A DNA stretch of 62,568 nucleotides, taken from IMG/VR virus record IMGVR_UViG_3300011417_000010, positions 1 through 62,568 of that record; one strand, given 5' to 3'. Shown here in pieces: positions 36,006-44,172 of the stretch (positions are counted from its first letter, which is position 1; the number at the start of each line of letters is the position of its first letter). Below the pieces are notes generated by a model. That model ran no database searches, was not told where the DNA came from, and saw only the letters and a program-made list of their open reading frames with translations. Both the position numbers and the translations under genes were made by a program. This DNA comes from a virus (Duplodnaviria > Caudoviricetes).

Positions 36006-36076
36006 GCTGGTGTCGTTCAATGGCAGGACACTCCCTTCGTACGGTAGAAATGAGGGTTCGATTCCTTCTTCCAGCT
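36006..36076 (+). tRNA. tRNA-Thr(CGT)
   Basis: Loop TTCGTAC; GCTGG/CCAGC acceptor with mismatches. Confidence 0.75.
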
Positions 36077-36083
36077 CAGCAGT

Positions 36084-36157
36084 GCCGGCGTCGTTCAACG
36101 GCAGGACAGCTGCCCAGTAAGCAGCCTATGAGGGTTCAATTCCTTCCCCCGGCTCCA
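36084..36157 (+). tRNA. tRNA-Thr(AGT)
   Basis: GCTGC-CCAGTAA-GCAGC; CCA; paralogous to the preceding Thr tRNA. Confidence 0.82.
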
Positions 36158-36163
36158 AAATAT

Positions 36164-36237
36164 TGCCTTGTCGTCTAGCGGCAGGATGCCTGACTCTGAC
36201 CCAGGTGACGATCGTTCGAATCGATCCGAGGCAACCA
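36164..36237 (+). tRNA. tRNA-Gln(CTG)
   Basis: Loop CTCTGAC; U1 acceptor; CCA. Confidence 0.88.
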
Positions 36238-36238
36238 C

Positions 36239-36309
36239 ACGCGAATAGTTCAGTGGCAGAACTGCCGCCCGATTAGCGGCTGACGAGGGTTCGATTCCCT
36301 ACTCGCGTA
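36239..36309 (+). tRNA. tRNA-Ile(GAT)
   Basis: GCCGC-CCGATTA-GCGGC (C33, U37); A discriminator. Confidence 0.75.
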
Positions 36310-36314
36310 CTCAT

Positions 36315-36389
36315 CTCGTCGTGGTGGAATGGACATCACGTAGCCCTGCGAAGGCTGAATTCCAGGTTCGACTCCTGGCGGCGAGACCA
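36315..36389 (+). tRNA. tRNA-Arg(GCG)
   Basis: TAGCC-CTGCGAA-GGCTG; CCA. Confidence 0.88.
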
Positions 36390-36390
36390 A

Positions 36391-36462
36391 CCCCTGATAG
36401 TGGAATGGACACCACGCTCCGCTTCGAACGGTGAAGTCCGGGTTCAACTCCTGGTCGGGGGA
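36391..36462 (+). tRNA. tRNA-Arg(TCG)
   Basis: CTCCG-CTTCGAA-CGGTG; D arm nearly identical to the preceding Arg tRNA. Confidence 0.85.
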
Positions 36463-36467
36463 CAAGA

Positions 36468-36539
36468 TCCCCTGTCGTCTAACGGCAGGATGTCGGCCTT
36501 TGACTCCCGACGATGCTCGTTCGAATCGAGCCGGGGGAA
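36468..36539 (+). tRNA. tRNA-Gln(TTG) with one extra base in the anticodon arm
   Basis: TCGGC-CTTTGAC-TCCCGA; D and T arms match the Gln(CTG) paralog. Confidence 0.75.
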
Positions 36540-36565
36540 CATTTTGAAAGGAGCGGCAGCGCGGG

Positions 36566-37093
36566 TTAGGACCCCGAGACCTCAGTGTCTCTGGTGGGGG
36601 TCGCCCGCGCTGCCGCGGGAGCGCCTACTGATTCGAGCGCGTACTCGGTACAGTCGCGGCATGGCTTGTCGCCATCGGCTTGGATGCAGTCGGCGAACTC
36701 GTGCGGCGTGCTCACCCACACGAACGGTCGCCAGGGCCTCGGGCCCTGCGGCTTGCGCACCCCGTCAGCCCCCGCCCTCCACCTCCCGGCACGCTTGTGC
36801 TGCTTGTCGGGGCTCTTCGGGTTGGGCACGCGCACAAACCTCTGGAACACGGTCGGCTCCTTCGATCCTGGCTTCACCGAGGTTTCCGCGGCCTGGTAGA
36901 AGCTCAGGACGTACTTCTCGCGATCCCCGTCGCCGGCCACGCCGCGGTTCAGCTGGCCCTTGTGCCAGGTGTTCCTGCGCTCCGCGCACGGCCCGCAGTA
37001 GGCCACGCCCCATCGGCGGTCGAAGTCGCCCGAAGCGGGGTGGTAGGGACCCCCACAACAGAAGCATCGCGTCGGTGGATCCGTGGTGTCCAT
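36566..37093 (-). CDS. Hypothetical protein with zinc finger
   Basis: CFCC..CGPC; sigma70 promoter upstream. Confidence 0.55.
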   Translation of the reverse strand: MDTTDPPTRCFCCGGPYHPASGDFDRRWGVAYCGPCAERRNTWHKGQLNRGVAGDGDREKYVLSFYQAAETSVKPGSKEPTVFQRFVRVPNPKSPDKQHKRAGRWRAGADGVRKPQGPRPWRPFVWVSTPHEFADCIQADGDKPCRDCTEYALESVGAPAAARATPTRDTEVSGS

Positions 37094-37102
37094 CAGACTC
37101 AC

Positions 37103-37142
37103 AATCTACTTGAGTAGACCCGATCTGTCAATAGATTCGCTA
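37103..37142. promoter_or_regulatory. Divergent promoters: sigma70-type (minus) and AGATTCGCTA (plus)
   Basis: Minus strand TTGACA-17-TAGATT (37131-37103); plus-strand motif at 37133-37142. Confidence 0.6.
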
Positions 37143-37150
37143 GGAAATAC

Positions 37151-37882
37151 ATGGGAGGCCCCTTGAAATCACTCCTTGCCGCGCTCGTGTTTTTGTTCAC
37201 CCTCTCGACTGCGCACGCGGCGGGGCTCACCCAGCCTCCCCCGTTCAACCCCGTCATCGTCCCCATGCTCTCGCCTCCCGTCGCGCCCTTCACCGCGCGG
37301 GCCGCGCCGGCAGGGGTGACGCCAGGCACCGTTCGCGCATTCCGTCTTTCAGCTCCGATCGACGCTGGCGCCGTCAGGGCGGTCACCGAGTTCTTGGAGA
37401 GGGCTCGCCAGGACCACACCGAGATTGTCATGATCGAGATGACGACCCCGGGCGGTAGCTACGGCGCTGGCCACGACATCTCGCGTCAGATCGAGAACTC
37501 TCCCGTCACGGTCGTATGCGTCGCCGACAGCATGGTAGCGTCCATGGGCCTCTACATCCTCCAGTCGTGTGACCGCAGGGTCATCACCACGCGTGGGATC
37601 TTGATGGCTCACAGCGCGCTCACGAGCACGCCCGAGGCGATGGAGAACGAGCACGACCTGCAGAACAAGGTCAACCTGCTGAAGGCGCTCAACCGAGCGT
37701 ACGGCAGTCACGTCGTCCTCCGCGCGAATATCACCATCGACCAGTACCTCGCCCGCATCGCGGACGGCAAGGAGTGGTGGATCAACGCCGACGAGGCCCT
37801 GAAGGTCGGTCTGGCGGACACCATCTGGAAGGGCACGCCCAGCGCCCTACTGAAGGCGCTCAAAGACGGCCAGAGGCCCTAG
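37151..37882 (+). CDS. ClpP/crotonase-fold serine protease with signal peptide
   Basis: TPGGS, VASMG (Ser), LMAH (His), EWWINADEALKVGLAD; signal peptide ending AHA. Confidence 0.75.
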   Translation: MGGPLKSLLAALVFLFTLSTAHAAGLTQPPPFNPVIVPMLSPPVAPFTARAAPAGVTPGTVRAFRLSAPIDAGAVRAVTEFLERARQDHTEIVMIEMTTPGGSYGAGHDISRQIENSPVTVVCVADSMVASMGLYILQSCDRRVITTRGILMAHSALTSTPEAMENEHDLQNKVNLLKALNRAYGSHVVLRANITIDQYLARIADGKEWWINADEALKVGLADTIWKGTPSALLKALKDGQRP

Positions 37883-38235
37883 CGGAACAGGTCCTGGATC
37901 GCCCTCAAGGGCTTGGTGGTCTTGTCCTCTAGACCCTTGAGTGCTTTCCGCAGCATCTTCTGGGCCAGACCCCACTCGAACCCCTCCTCCAGCACCGCGT
38001 CGAAGTAGGCGCCCAGTGCCTCGGCCGTGGCAGCGCTGTAGGCTGCTTCCACCGCGCTCGCGGCCATCGGCATGACGTTGTGCTCCAGCGTGTCGGGCTC
38101 GGGGCACTCCACCTGAGGTATGCTGCCACCGGCCTGGACCAGCATAGAGTCTTCGTACCTCCACCTACCTGTCTTGTTCGGGTCCGATAGTACGACCGAC
38201 CCGTCCGCCCGGATGTCGATGAGCTTCCGCGGCAT
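37879..38235 (-). CDS. Hypothetical protein
   Basis: GGAGAGG RBS. Confidence 0.55.
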   Translation of the reverse strand: MPRKLIDIRADGSVVLSDPNKTGRWRYEDSMLVQAGGSIPQVECPEPDTLEHNVMPMAASAVEAAYSAATAEALGAYFDAVLEEGFEWGLAQKMLRKALKGLEDKTTKPLRAIQDLFR

Positions 38236-38260
38236 TCTTTCCTCCTCCTAACGCTTTCCG

Positions 38261-38402
38261 TCAGGTTGGGTTCACCTTATCCCACTCTTCCAGATCTCGC
38301 AAGCATTTTATGCATACGGGATCTCTTCCTGGAGGCACGAACACGCCGCAGATGAAGCAGCGCGCCAGGGCGATCAGGTGTCGGAGGTCGTCGAGCCCCA
38401 TG
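38261..38402 (-). CDS. Small zinc-finger protein (start approximate)
   Basis: MGLDDL..CFIC..CIKC, the 3' end of the longer track ORF. Confidence 0.4.
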
Positions 38403-38841
38403 GAACCTCGGGGACGTGCTGCTTGAGCACGTCGCGCGCCTGGTATCGCGCCAGTGGGTCGTTCCAGAGACGGTTGAGGCCGCTCGGGTGTGGGAGCGAG
38501 ACGTACGTGTGCTCCAAGATCTGGACGGCCCGGAAAAAGGGGAGGTTGTTCAGGCCGAAGGCGGTCTTGACCTTGGTGCCCAGCATGACGATGGTCTCCA
38601 GGTGCTGGAGGTCTTCTAGCTTCGCAGCCTCGACTCGCGCGGCCCTCATGCCCCACTTCCCGGTGCACAGGTTCGCCTTCATGATCTGCTCGTAGTGCCC
38701 GTCGTTCAGGCCCAGGTGCTCGCGCAGGCGGTTGCCGGACGCGTGTCGCGGCAGGTGGAACAGCGCGAACGCGGGGCTCGAACCGTATGGGTTCGTCTCG
38801 CCGACCAGCAGTACTCGCCAGCAGGGCTGGTACTCGCTCAC
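38374..38841 (-). CDS. Uracil-DNA glycosylase superfamily protein
   Basis: LLVGETNP (motif A-like), IVMLG, LPHPSGLNR (motif B); GTG start overlaps the upstream TGA. Confidence 0.75.
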   Translation of the reverse strand: MSEYQPCWRVLLVGETNPYGSSPAFALFHLPRHASGNRLREHLGLNDGHYEQIMKANLCTGKWGMRAARVEAAKLEDLQHLETIVMLGTKVKTAFGLNNLPFFRAVQILEHTYVSLPHPSGLNRLWNDPLARYQARDVLKQHVPEVPWGSTTSDT

Positions 38842-39068
38842 TGGACCTTCGCCATCCGGTGGATGTCGAGCTTCGGGACGCACGCGATACCGGCGATGCT
38901 GAACTCCTCCAGCGGGTCGCACTCCATGATCGCAACCCACTCCAGCTCGCCCAGCAGGACCATCGTGGGCTTGCGGCCGTTCTCGACCATGAAGACCCTG
39001 ATCAGCTCCTCGACGTACGCAACGAGACCCAGCATCGCGTAGCGATGGACGATGTCCGTGTCGCTCAC
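38838..39068 (-). CDS. Hypothetical protein
   Basis: GTGA coupling at both ends. Confidence 0.5.
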   Translation of the reverse strand: MSDTDIVHRYAMLGLVAYVEELIRVFMVENGRKPTMVLLGELEWVAIMECDPLEEFSIAGIACVPKLDIHRMAKVQ

Positions 39069-39295
39069 TTGATGCGCTCTTCGAATTCGGTCTCGGGACC
39101 GAGCTTCTCGCCGCAGCGGTCGCAGCCGAGGACGTTGACACAGAAGTCTCCGCCCTCGTCGGAGTACCACTTGCGGCCGATCACGACGATGTCGTCGATC
39201 TGGTGCTTGCACTGCGGCCTCTTGCCGTTGATGCGCTTGCCGCCGATGTTGTTCAGGTCTCGGACGCCCTGGCGAGTGTACCCTGGTTTTGGCAT
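39065..39295 (-). CDS. Small zinc-binding protein
   Basis: GAGG RBS; AGATTCGCTA (minus, 39317-39326) upstream; CKH..CDRC. Confidence 0.55.
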   Translation of the reverse strand: MPKPGYTRQGVRDLNNIGGKRINGKRPQCKHQIDDIVVIGRKWYSDEGGDFCVNVLGCDRCGEKLGPETEFEERIK

Positions 39296-39324
39296 TCTGC
39301 CTCTCTTTTGATTGTATAGCGAAT

Positions 39325-40431
39325 CTACCTACCGCGGTGGCCGTCGATGACGTCGATCAGCAAGTCGTCGATGGCTTGCCGGTCAGGGTCGTGGCGCAGC
39401 GTCGAGTCCATGTACTTGTTGTCGAGGTCCGCCTCCATGTCTTCGGCCCAGTACATCAGGTCGTCGAACTTCCACGCCCCGTTCCGGATGGCCAGCAACT
39501 CCTGCGCGTCCGGGCGCTTGACGATGACGCCCTTGCCGTCCAAGATCTCGGTCGCCATGCGCATCAGGCGGACCAGATGCATGGCGTGCTTGGTGTCGTA
39601 GCCGTACTTGGCCTCCATGGCGGCGCGCTTCTCGTTCCGCTGGGACTTCCACGTCTGGTACTGGTGCCAGTTCGACATGGCGTTCCGGAACCGGCGCTCG
39701 TTGACGATGGTCGTGATCAGGTTCGCCGACAGCTCGTGCTTCTTGGCGACCTGCTCGACAAGCTCTTGGTCCTTGTCCTCGACCCGGTCCCGCGTGAAGC
39801 CCTCGCCCCCGAGCTTGTCGGCCAGTTTGTCGACCTCGGACGCGATGGCGTTCAGTTGGTCACGGTCCAGCGTTGGTGCGTCTGGGAGGCCGTAGTCCTT
39901 CCGATCGGGCTGCTTCTCCATGGGGTTCAGCAGCCAGTGCCGGTGCGACTTGATGCGCTTCAGCTGCGCGAACGCGTAGCCGGAGAATGTGAACTTCGCT
40001 TTCTTCGAGAGGAAGAGGTCGCGGTTGGCGTAGATCTTGTCGAACGCGCGGACCTCGGGGTGTTTCCACATGCCGGCGATGCGGTAGTTGCGGTCCTGCT
40101 CCCTAGGATAGATCCAGTCGCTCTGGTCAGTGTGCAACACCTCGATGATGTTCGGGTTGCAGTCCGCGGCGAGCTTGAAGAACTTCTTGATGTCGTAGAT
40201 GCAGGCGTCGCTGTCGCCGAAGCCCTTGTCAGCCTGCTCGAAGTGGTGCAGGTTCCCGAGGTAGTAGTTCATCGGGGCGATGCAGATCCCCTTGAAGTCT
40301 TCGTCGGAGCCATCGATGTTCGTGCCGTAGGCGTGCGACCCGTGGCGTGTCACGAAGATGGTCCGCTCCCTGAGCCAGGTCAGGTTGCCGCGGTAGTCCT
40401 TCCACTCTTTGTCGTACCAGTCGAAACTCAT
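39325..40431 (-). CDS. Pol-beta superfamily nucleotidyltransferase (RlaP/YcgL-like, RNA-repair associated)
   Basis: HGSHAYGTNIDGSDEDFKGI; CNPNIIEVL; GYDTKHAMHLVRL. Confidence 0.85.
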   Translation of the reverse strand: MSFDWYDKEWKDYRGNLTWLRERTIFVTRHGSHAYGTNIDGSDEDFKGICIAPMNYYLGNLHHFEQADKGFGDSDACIYDIKKFFKLAADCNPNIIEVLHTDQSDWIYPREQDRNYRIAGMWKHPEVRAFDKIYANRDLFLSKKAKFTFSGYAFAQLKRIKSHRHWLLNPMEKQPDRKDYGLPDAPTLDRDQLNAIASEVDKLADKLGGEGFTRDRVEDKDQELVEQVAKKHELSANLITTIVNERRFRNAMSNWHQYQTWKSQRNEKRAAMEAKYGYDTKHAMHLVRLMRMATEILDGKGVIVKRPDAQELLAIRNGAWKFDDLMYWAEDMEADLDNKYMDSTLRHDPDRQAIDDLLIDVIDGHRGR

Positions 40432-41729
40432 GCTGCCTTCTCCTTGTACTGCTCCCACAGGGCCTGTAGGGCGTGCTGCTTGCAGATCTCGATGAACTTG
40501 GCTGGCGACTCCTTGTTGTGATCCTGAGCGAGCCTGTGGGCGTCCACCAGGTTGTCTACGATGCGCTCCGCGATCTTGCTGCGGCCCTCCATGTCCAGCT
40601 CAGGGATCTCGATCGAGACGTCTAGTCGGCCCGGACGAGTCGTCGAGCCGTCGGGCAGAGGGGCTCCCAGCGCCTCGTCGATGTGCTCGGCGTGGTTGGT
40701 GGTCACGAACAACAGCAGGCCGTTCTCCTGCTCGATGCCGTCGAGGGCGTTCAGTACGATGGAGAAGTCCAGCATTCCCAACCTGCTGCAGTTGTCGCGG
40801 CCCTTGAACACGGTGTCGAAATCCTCCAGCAACACCACCCGCGGGTTGATGTGGCGGACTGATTCCCAGGCGGCGTTGAACTGGTTGTTGGTCATCTGCG
40901 AGAGGTCCATCACGATGATGGGGATGTCCAAATCCTCGCACAGCGCGCGGATCATGCTCGTCTTGCCGGTTCCGGGCTTGCCGTGCAGGAGGTAGCCGCG
41001 CCTCCACGGCAGGCTCCGCTTCGCGTACCACGTGCCGTGCTCCAGCCAGAACTTCACGTCGTGGTAGACTTTCTTGTGGGCGACGGTTTGGGACAGCCGC
41101 GCGAAGGCAGACTCGCGCTCTTGGATCTGCGGGTCCTCGACCTCGACGCTGATGGGCTCCTCGTCCTCGGTGAACTCCTTACCGATGGAGAATGAGTCGA
41201 ACTTCTGGGTGATCTTGTCTTCCTTGTGGTCTCCGCCGCCCGCTACGCGCATGACGTAGAACTTTCTCGTCCCGCTGTCGGAGCGCCAGTCGTCGTAGAA
41301 CTCGCCGGCTGCCCTCAGCAGGCCCTTCACGTCGACGGTGCCGCGTAGGAAGCGGACAGTGCACGCCTTGTCACTGCTTTTGCCGCCCTTGTCGACGAAG
41401 GGGGTGACGAAGATCGGTACCTTCTTGTAGAAGAACACGCTGAACGACCTGGTTGCGTTTCGGAAGAAGACGGACTTAGACCGCACCCCCACCTGCCGGT
41501 TTCGGCGCACGTAGTAGTCGTCGCCGAGGCTGACGTAGCGGCACTTCTTCCGGAGGTAGCCGATCACGACCCCCGAGAGTTTGCTCGCCTCATCGAACTG
41601 CATAGTGACGAACACCGCGTTGACCACAAGTATCAGCAGGGACTTGAGAGCGTCCTTGACGAGCTGGATCAAGACTGCGATAGCTGGCGACACGGCGAAT
41701 GCGAGCAGGGCGATCTCGTAGGTCTTCAT
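40428..41729 (-). CDS. BCS1-like AAA+ ATPase with N-terminal membrane segment
   Basis: PWRRGYLLHGKPGTGKTS, LLEDFD, LNALDG, TTNH, RPGRLD. Confidence 0.85.
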   Translation of the reverse strand: MKTYEIALLAFAVSPAIAVLIQLVKDALKSLLILVVNAVFVTMQFDEASKLSGVVIGYLRKKCRYVSLGDDYYVRRNRQVGVRSKSVFFRNATRSFSVFFYKKVPIFVTPFVDKGGKSSDKACTVRFLRGTVDVKGLLRAAGEFYDDWRSDSGTRKFYVMRVAGGGDHKEDKITQKFDSFSIGKEFTEDEEPISVEVEDPQIQERESAFARLSQTVAHKKVYHDVKFWLEHGTWYAKRSLPWRRGYLLHGKPGTGKTSMIRALCEDLDIPIIVMDLSQMTNNQFNAAWESVRHINPRVVLLEDFDTVFKGRDNCSRLGMLDFSIVLNALDGIEQENGLLLFVTTNHAEHIDEALGAPLPDGSTTRPGRLDVSIEIPELDMEGRSKIAERIVDNLVDAHRLAQDHNKESPAKFIEICKQHALQALWEQYKEKAA

Positions 41730-41839
41730 CGAAGTCTTAGAGTATCAAAATCATGGTGGTTCCGCAAGCATTCTTTTGGGCTTGACTTCGGGGATCCGGC
41801 GTGCGATCCTACGTCCATCACTGAAACCAAGGAGCCCGC

Positions 41840-42577
41840 ATGCCACTCGCCGTCGTCCGCACAATTCCCGAAGTTCCCTCCCGCCCCGACCTCGACACCA
41901 CCACCTACGCCACGAAGTTCGTGGAGTTCTGGCGGATGCGGGGGCAGAAGTACAACCCCCAGAAGCGCGTCGACCACAACCGCGCGCAGCTGAAGGAGCT
42001 GAAGGCCAGCGTCGCGGAGTTCGGCTTCGTGGACGCGCCCGTGCTGACGTCCGACTTCGAGATCATCGACGGCCACCGCCGCCGCGAGGTCGGGACCGAG
42101 CTGGGGAAGGTCGGCACCGTCTGCCGCATCGCGCCGTTCGATTCGACCGACCCCCGCGCCGACCTCCTCTACCAGCTGCTCAACACTGCGGAGGTCATGC
42201 CGACCCGCCAGAAGCTGGAGGTCGTCGCCAAGGGCGGCCCCGGCTCGAAGAAGACGGTCGCCCTCTGGAAGGAGATCCAGAAGTCGCTGGGGGCCGACGG
42301 GTTCTACATCGACCTGTTCGCCAAGCACGGCTACGTCGGTCAGCTGTGGAGCAACTGCCTCCGCGTGGCCGACCTGGTGTTCAACAACGGCCTGGTCAAG
42401 GACAGGGGGTCCCGCGAGGCCCTGATCCACCGCACGGTCATGAAGTGGCAGTGCACGGGTGACAAGCGTCAGGAGGCCCTGAAGATCTACTGCACCAAGA
42501 TCTCGAAGGCTGCCCCAGGCTTCAAGCTCCAGACCCTCTGGAAGGCGATCGAGAGCGGGGCCGATATCGAGGTCTAG
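41840..42577 (+). CDS. ParB/Srx-like domain protein
   Basis: LKASVAEFGF..PVL..IIDGHRR; AAGGAG RBS; TTGACT upstream. Confidence 0.75.
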   Translation: MPLAVVRTIPEVPSRPDLDTTTYATKFVEFWRMRGQKYNPQKRVDHNRAQLKELKASVAEFGFVDAPVLTSDFEIIDGHRRREVGTELGKVGTVCRIAPFDSTDPRADLLYQLLNTAEVMPTRQKLEVVAKGGPGSKKTVALWKEIQKSLGADGFYIDLFAKHGYVGQLWSNCLRVADLVFNNGLVKDRGSREALIHRTVMKWQCTGDKRQEALKIYCTKISKAAPGFKLQTLWKAIESGADIEV

Positions 42578-42602
42578 CACGGAGATTCGCTAAGAATAGG
42601 GC

Positions 42603-42965
42603 ATGAACAAGCTCTTCATGCTCGTTGCTTTCGGGGCCGCCCTCCTCGGGCGGCCGGCCGATGCGGGCGAGCGGAAGTATCGCGTCCGAGAGACGGAGCC
42701 GTACATCACCCACCAGTCCACCGACATGGTGACTCACCGTGATGCGTCCCCGACCTGGGAACGCCACATCTGGATCCGAAACCCATTCCGCGCGGCGGTC
42801 TGGGTGTACATCGAGTGTGTGGAGCATTTGACGATCAACCCCATCGGGATCGGCAAGCTGCACATCTCTGAGGTCGTGATCCCCGACATCGCTCCCGACG
42901 AGTCGTGCCTCCTGCACCACTGGTATCTGCAGGACGGCAAGTCCCCAAAGCAATGGAGTCCATGA
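42603..42965 (+). CDS. Secreted hypothetical protein
   Basis: Signal peptide; AGATTCGCTA at 42583-42592. Confidence 0.6.
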   Translation: MNKLFMLVAFGAALLGRPADAGERKYRVRETEPYITHQSTDMVTHRDASPTWERHIWIRNPFRAAVWVYIECVEHLTINPIGIGKLHISEVVIPDIAPDESCLLHHWYLQDGKSPKQWSP

Positions 42966-43300
42966 CCATGCCCGAGTCCTCCTTCAAGACGTTCCTCCAG
43001 AACTACCGCAAGCCGCTCACGGGCTCTGAGTCAGAGTCCGAGAAGCGTCTCTTCCTGATCGAGAACGAGGCGATGGCGATCGCCCACCGGGAGCTGGAGA
43101 ACGCATCGCTCGTGGCGCTGTCCTTCTTCCCGAAGGAGCAGCTGAAGATGGCGGACTTGCTGCACATCCAGAGCATGCTCGCCGGCCTCTACCCGCTCGC
43201 TCTGTCCGAGCTGGTCCAGCGCGGCGAAATCGAGATCCCCGTCCGCACCGCTTCCGCAACCACGCCGTCAGGGGGCCCTGTAGACCAGGGAGGTAACTGA
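42962..43300 (+). CDS. Hypothetical protein
   Basis: ATGA coupling; GGAG RBS. Confidence 0.55.
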   Translation: MTMPESSFKTFLQNYRKPLTGSESESEKRLFLIENEAMAIAHRELENASLVALSFFPKEQLKMADLLHIQSMLAGLYPLALSELVQRGEIEIPVRTASATTPSGGPVDQGGN

Positions 43301-43301
43301 C

Positions 43302-44141
43302 ATGCTCGGGGAAGTAGTCCTCGCACTCGCGCTCCTGGTACTCGACTTCCGCCTCCTGGGGTTCATAGACCGGCTCTTCAAGACGCCGTCGAACCACTTC
43401 AGGAACTTTATGTGGGCGTCCGTCTGCGTGGCCGCCCTCGCGGCTGGCCGCGCCTGGGGGATGAGCCCAGAGCACTACCTCGCTGGCGCCGGTCTCTGGG
43501 CGCTCTGTACGCTCGCGGTGTTCCCACTCGTGTTCGGCTTCCACGTCGCGCTGTTCTACACGTCGCGGCCGATCTTCGAGGCCCTGATGAATGCCTGCGT
43601 GGAGCGGTTGGACATCGTGAAGGACGGCAGCCTGTACCTGCGCCGCTGGTACCTCACGCCGAGATTCCACTGGCCGTCGTGGCTGCTCGATCGGCTGCCG
43701 GCGAAGCCGGCCTTCGCGCTGCAGTCACGCTACTTCTTGCACTGGATCCTCCGCTCCGACGACGATCGCGACCCGCACGACCACCCGTGGTCCTTCTGCT
43801 CGCGCATCCTCGATGGCGAGTACCTGGAGCGCGTGTGGTTCCCGCAGGACCAGTCCGAGATCCCACACGAGGTCCAGGTGGACGACCGCTACTTCCCGAT
43901 CATCGGGAAGCGCTACTGGGGTCGCCAGGCAACGCCCGGCACTGTGCTCTGGAACCACTGGAGTCACACGCACATGGTCCAGATCGTCGAGCCAGCTTGG
44001 ACACTGGTGTTCGCTGGACCGCACGAGCGGCCAGGGGACGACTACTGGGGCTTCTGGAAGATCCACCCCACCGACCCGAGTCAGGACGTGTGGACCCACA
44101 AGGCCGAGTACCTGGCCACGGGAGACGAGATCCGTACTTGA
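43302..44141 (+). CDS. Membrane-anchored cupin/dioxygenase-like protein
   Basis: N-terminal TM segments; YLRRW..LHWILRSDDDRDPHDHPW..HMV..WTLVFAGP..WGF. Confidence 0.6.
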   Translation: MLGEVVLALALLVLDFRLLGFIDRLFKTPSNHFRNFMWASVCVAALAAGRAWGMSPEHYLAGAGLWALCTLAVFPLVFGFHVALFYTSRPIFEALMNACVERLDIVKDGSLYLRRWYLTPRFHWPSWLLDRLPAKPAFALQSRYFLHWILRSDDDRDPHDHPWSFCSRILDGEYLERVWFPQDQSEIPHEVQVDDRYFPIIGKRYWGRQATPGTVLWNHWSHTHMVQIVEPAWTLVFAGPHERPGDDYWGFWKIHPTDPSQDVWTHKAEYLATGDEIRT

Positions 44142-44172
44142 TGCCGACCTCGGGCTGTGTTAGAATTCAGGG

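Noticed and set aside
35011-36465. Track ORFs overlapping the tRNA cluster
   Set aside because: They are translations of tRNA sequence; only the two short leaders lie in tRNA-free space directly after promoter motifs.
37151-37882. ClpP-like gene as the prohead protease
   Set aside because: Has a signal peptide, lies far from the head genes and carries the non-late motif.
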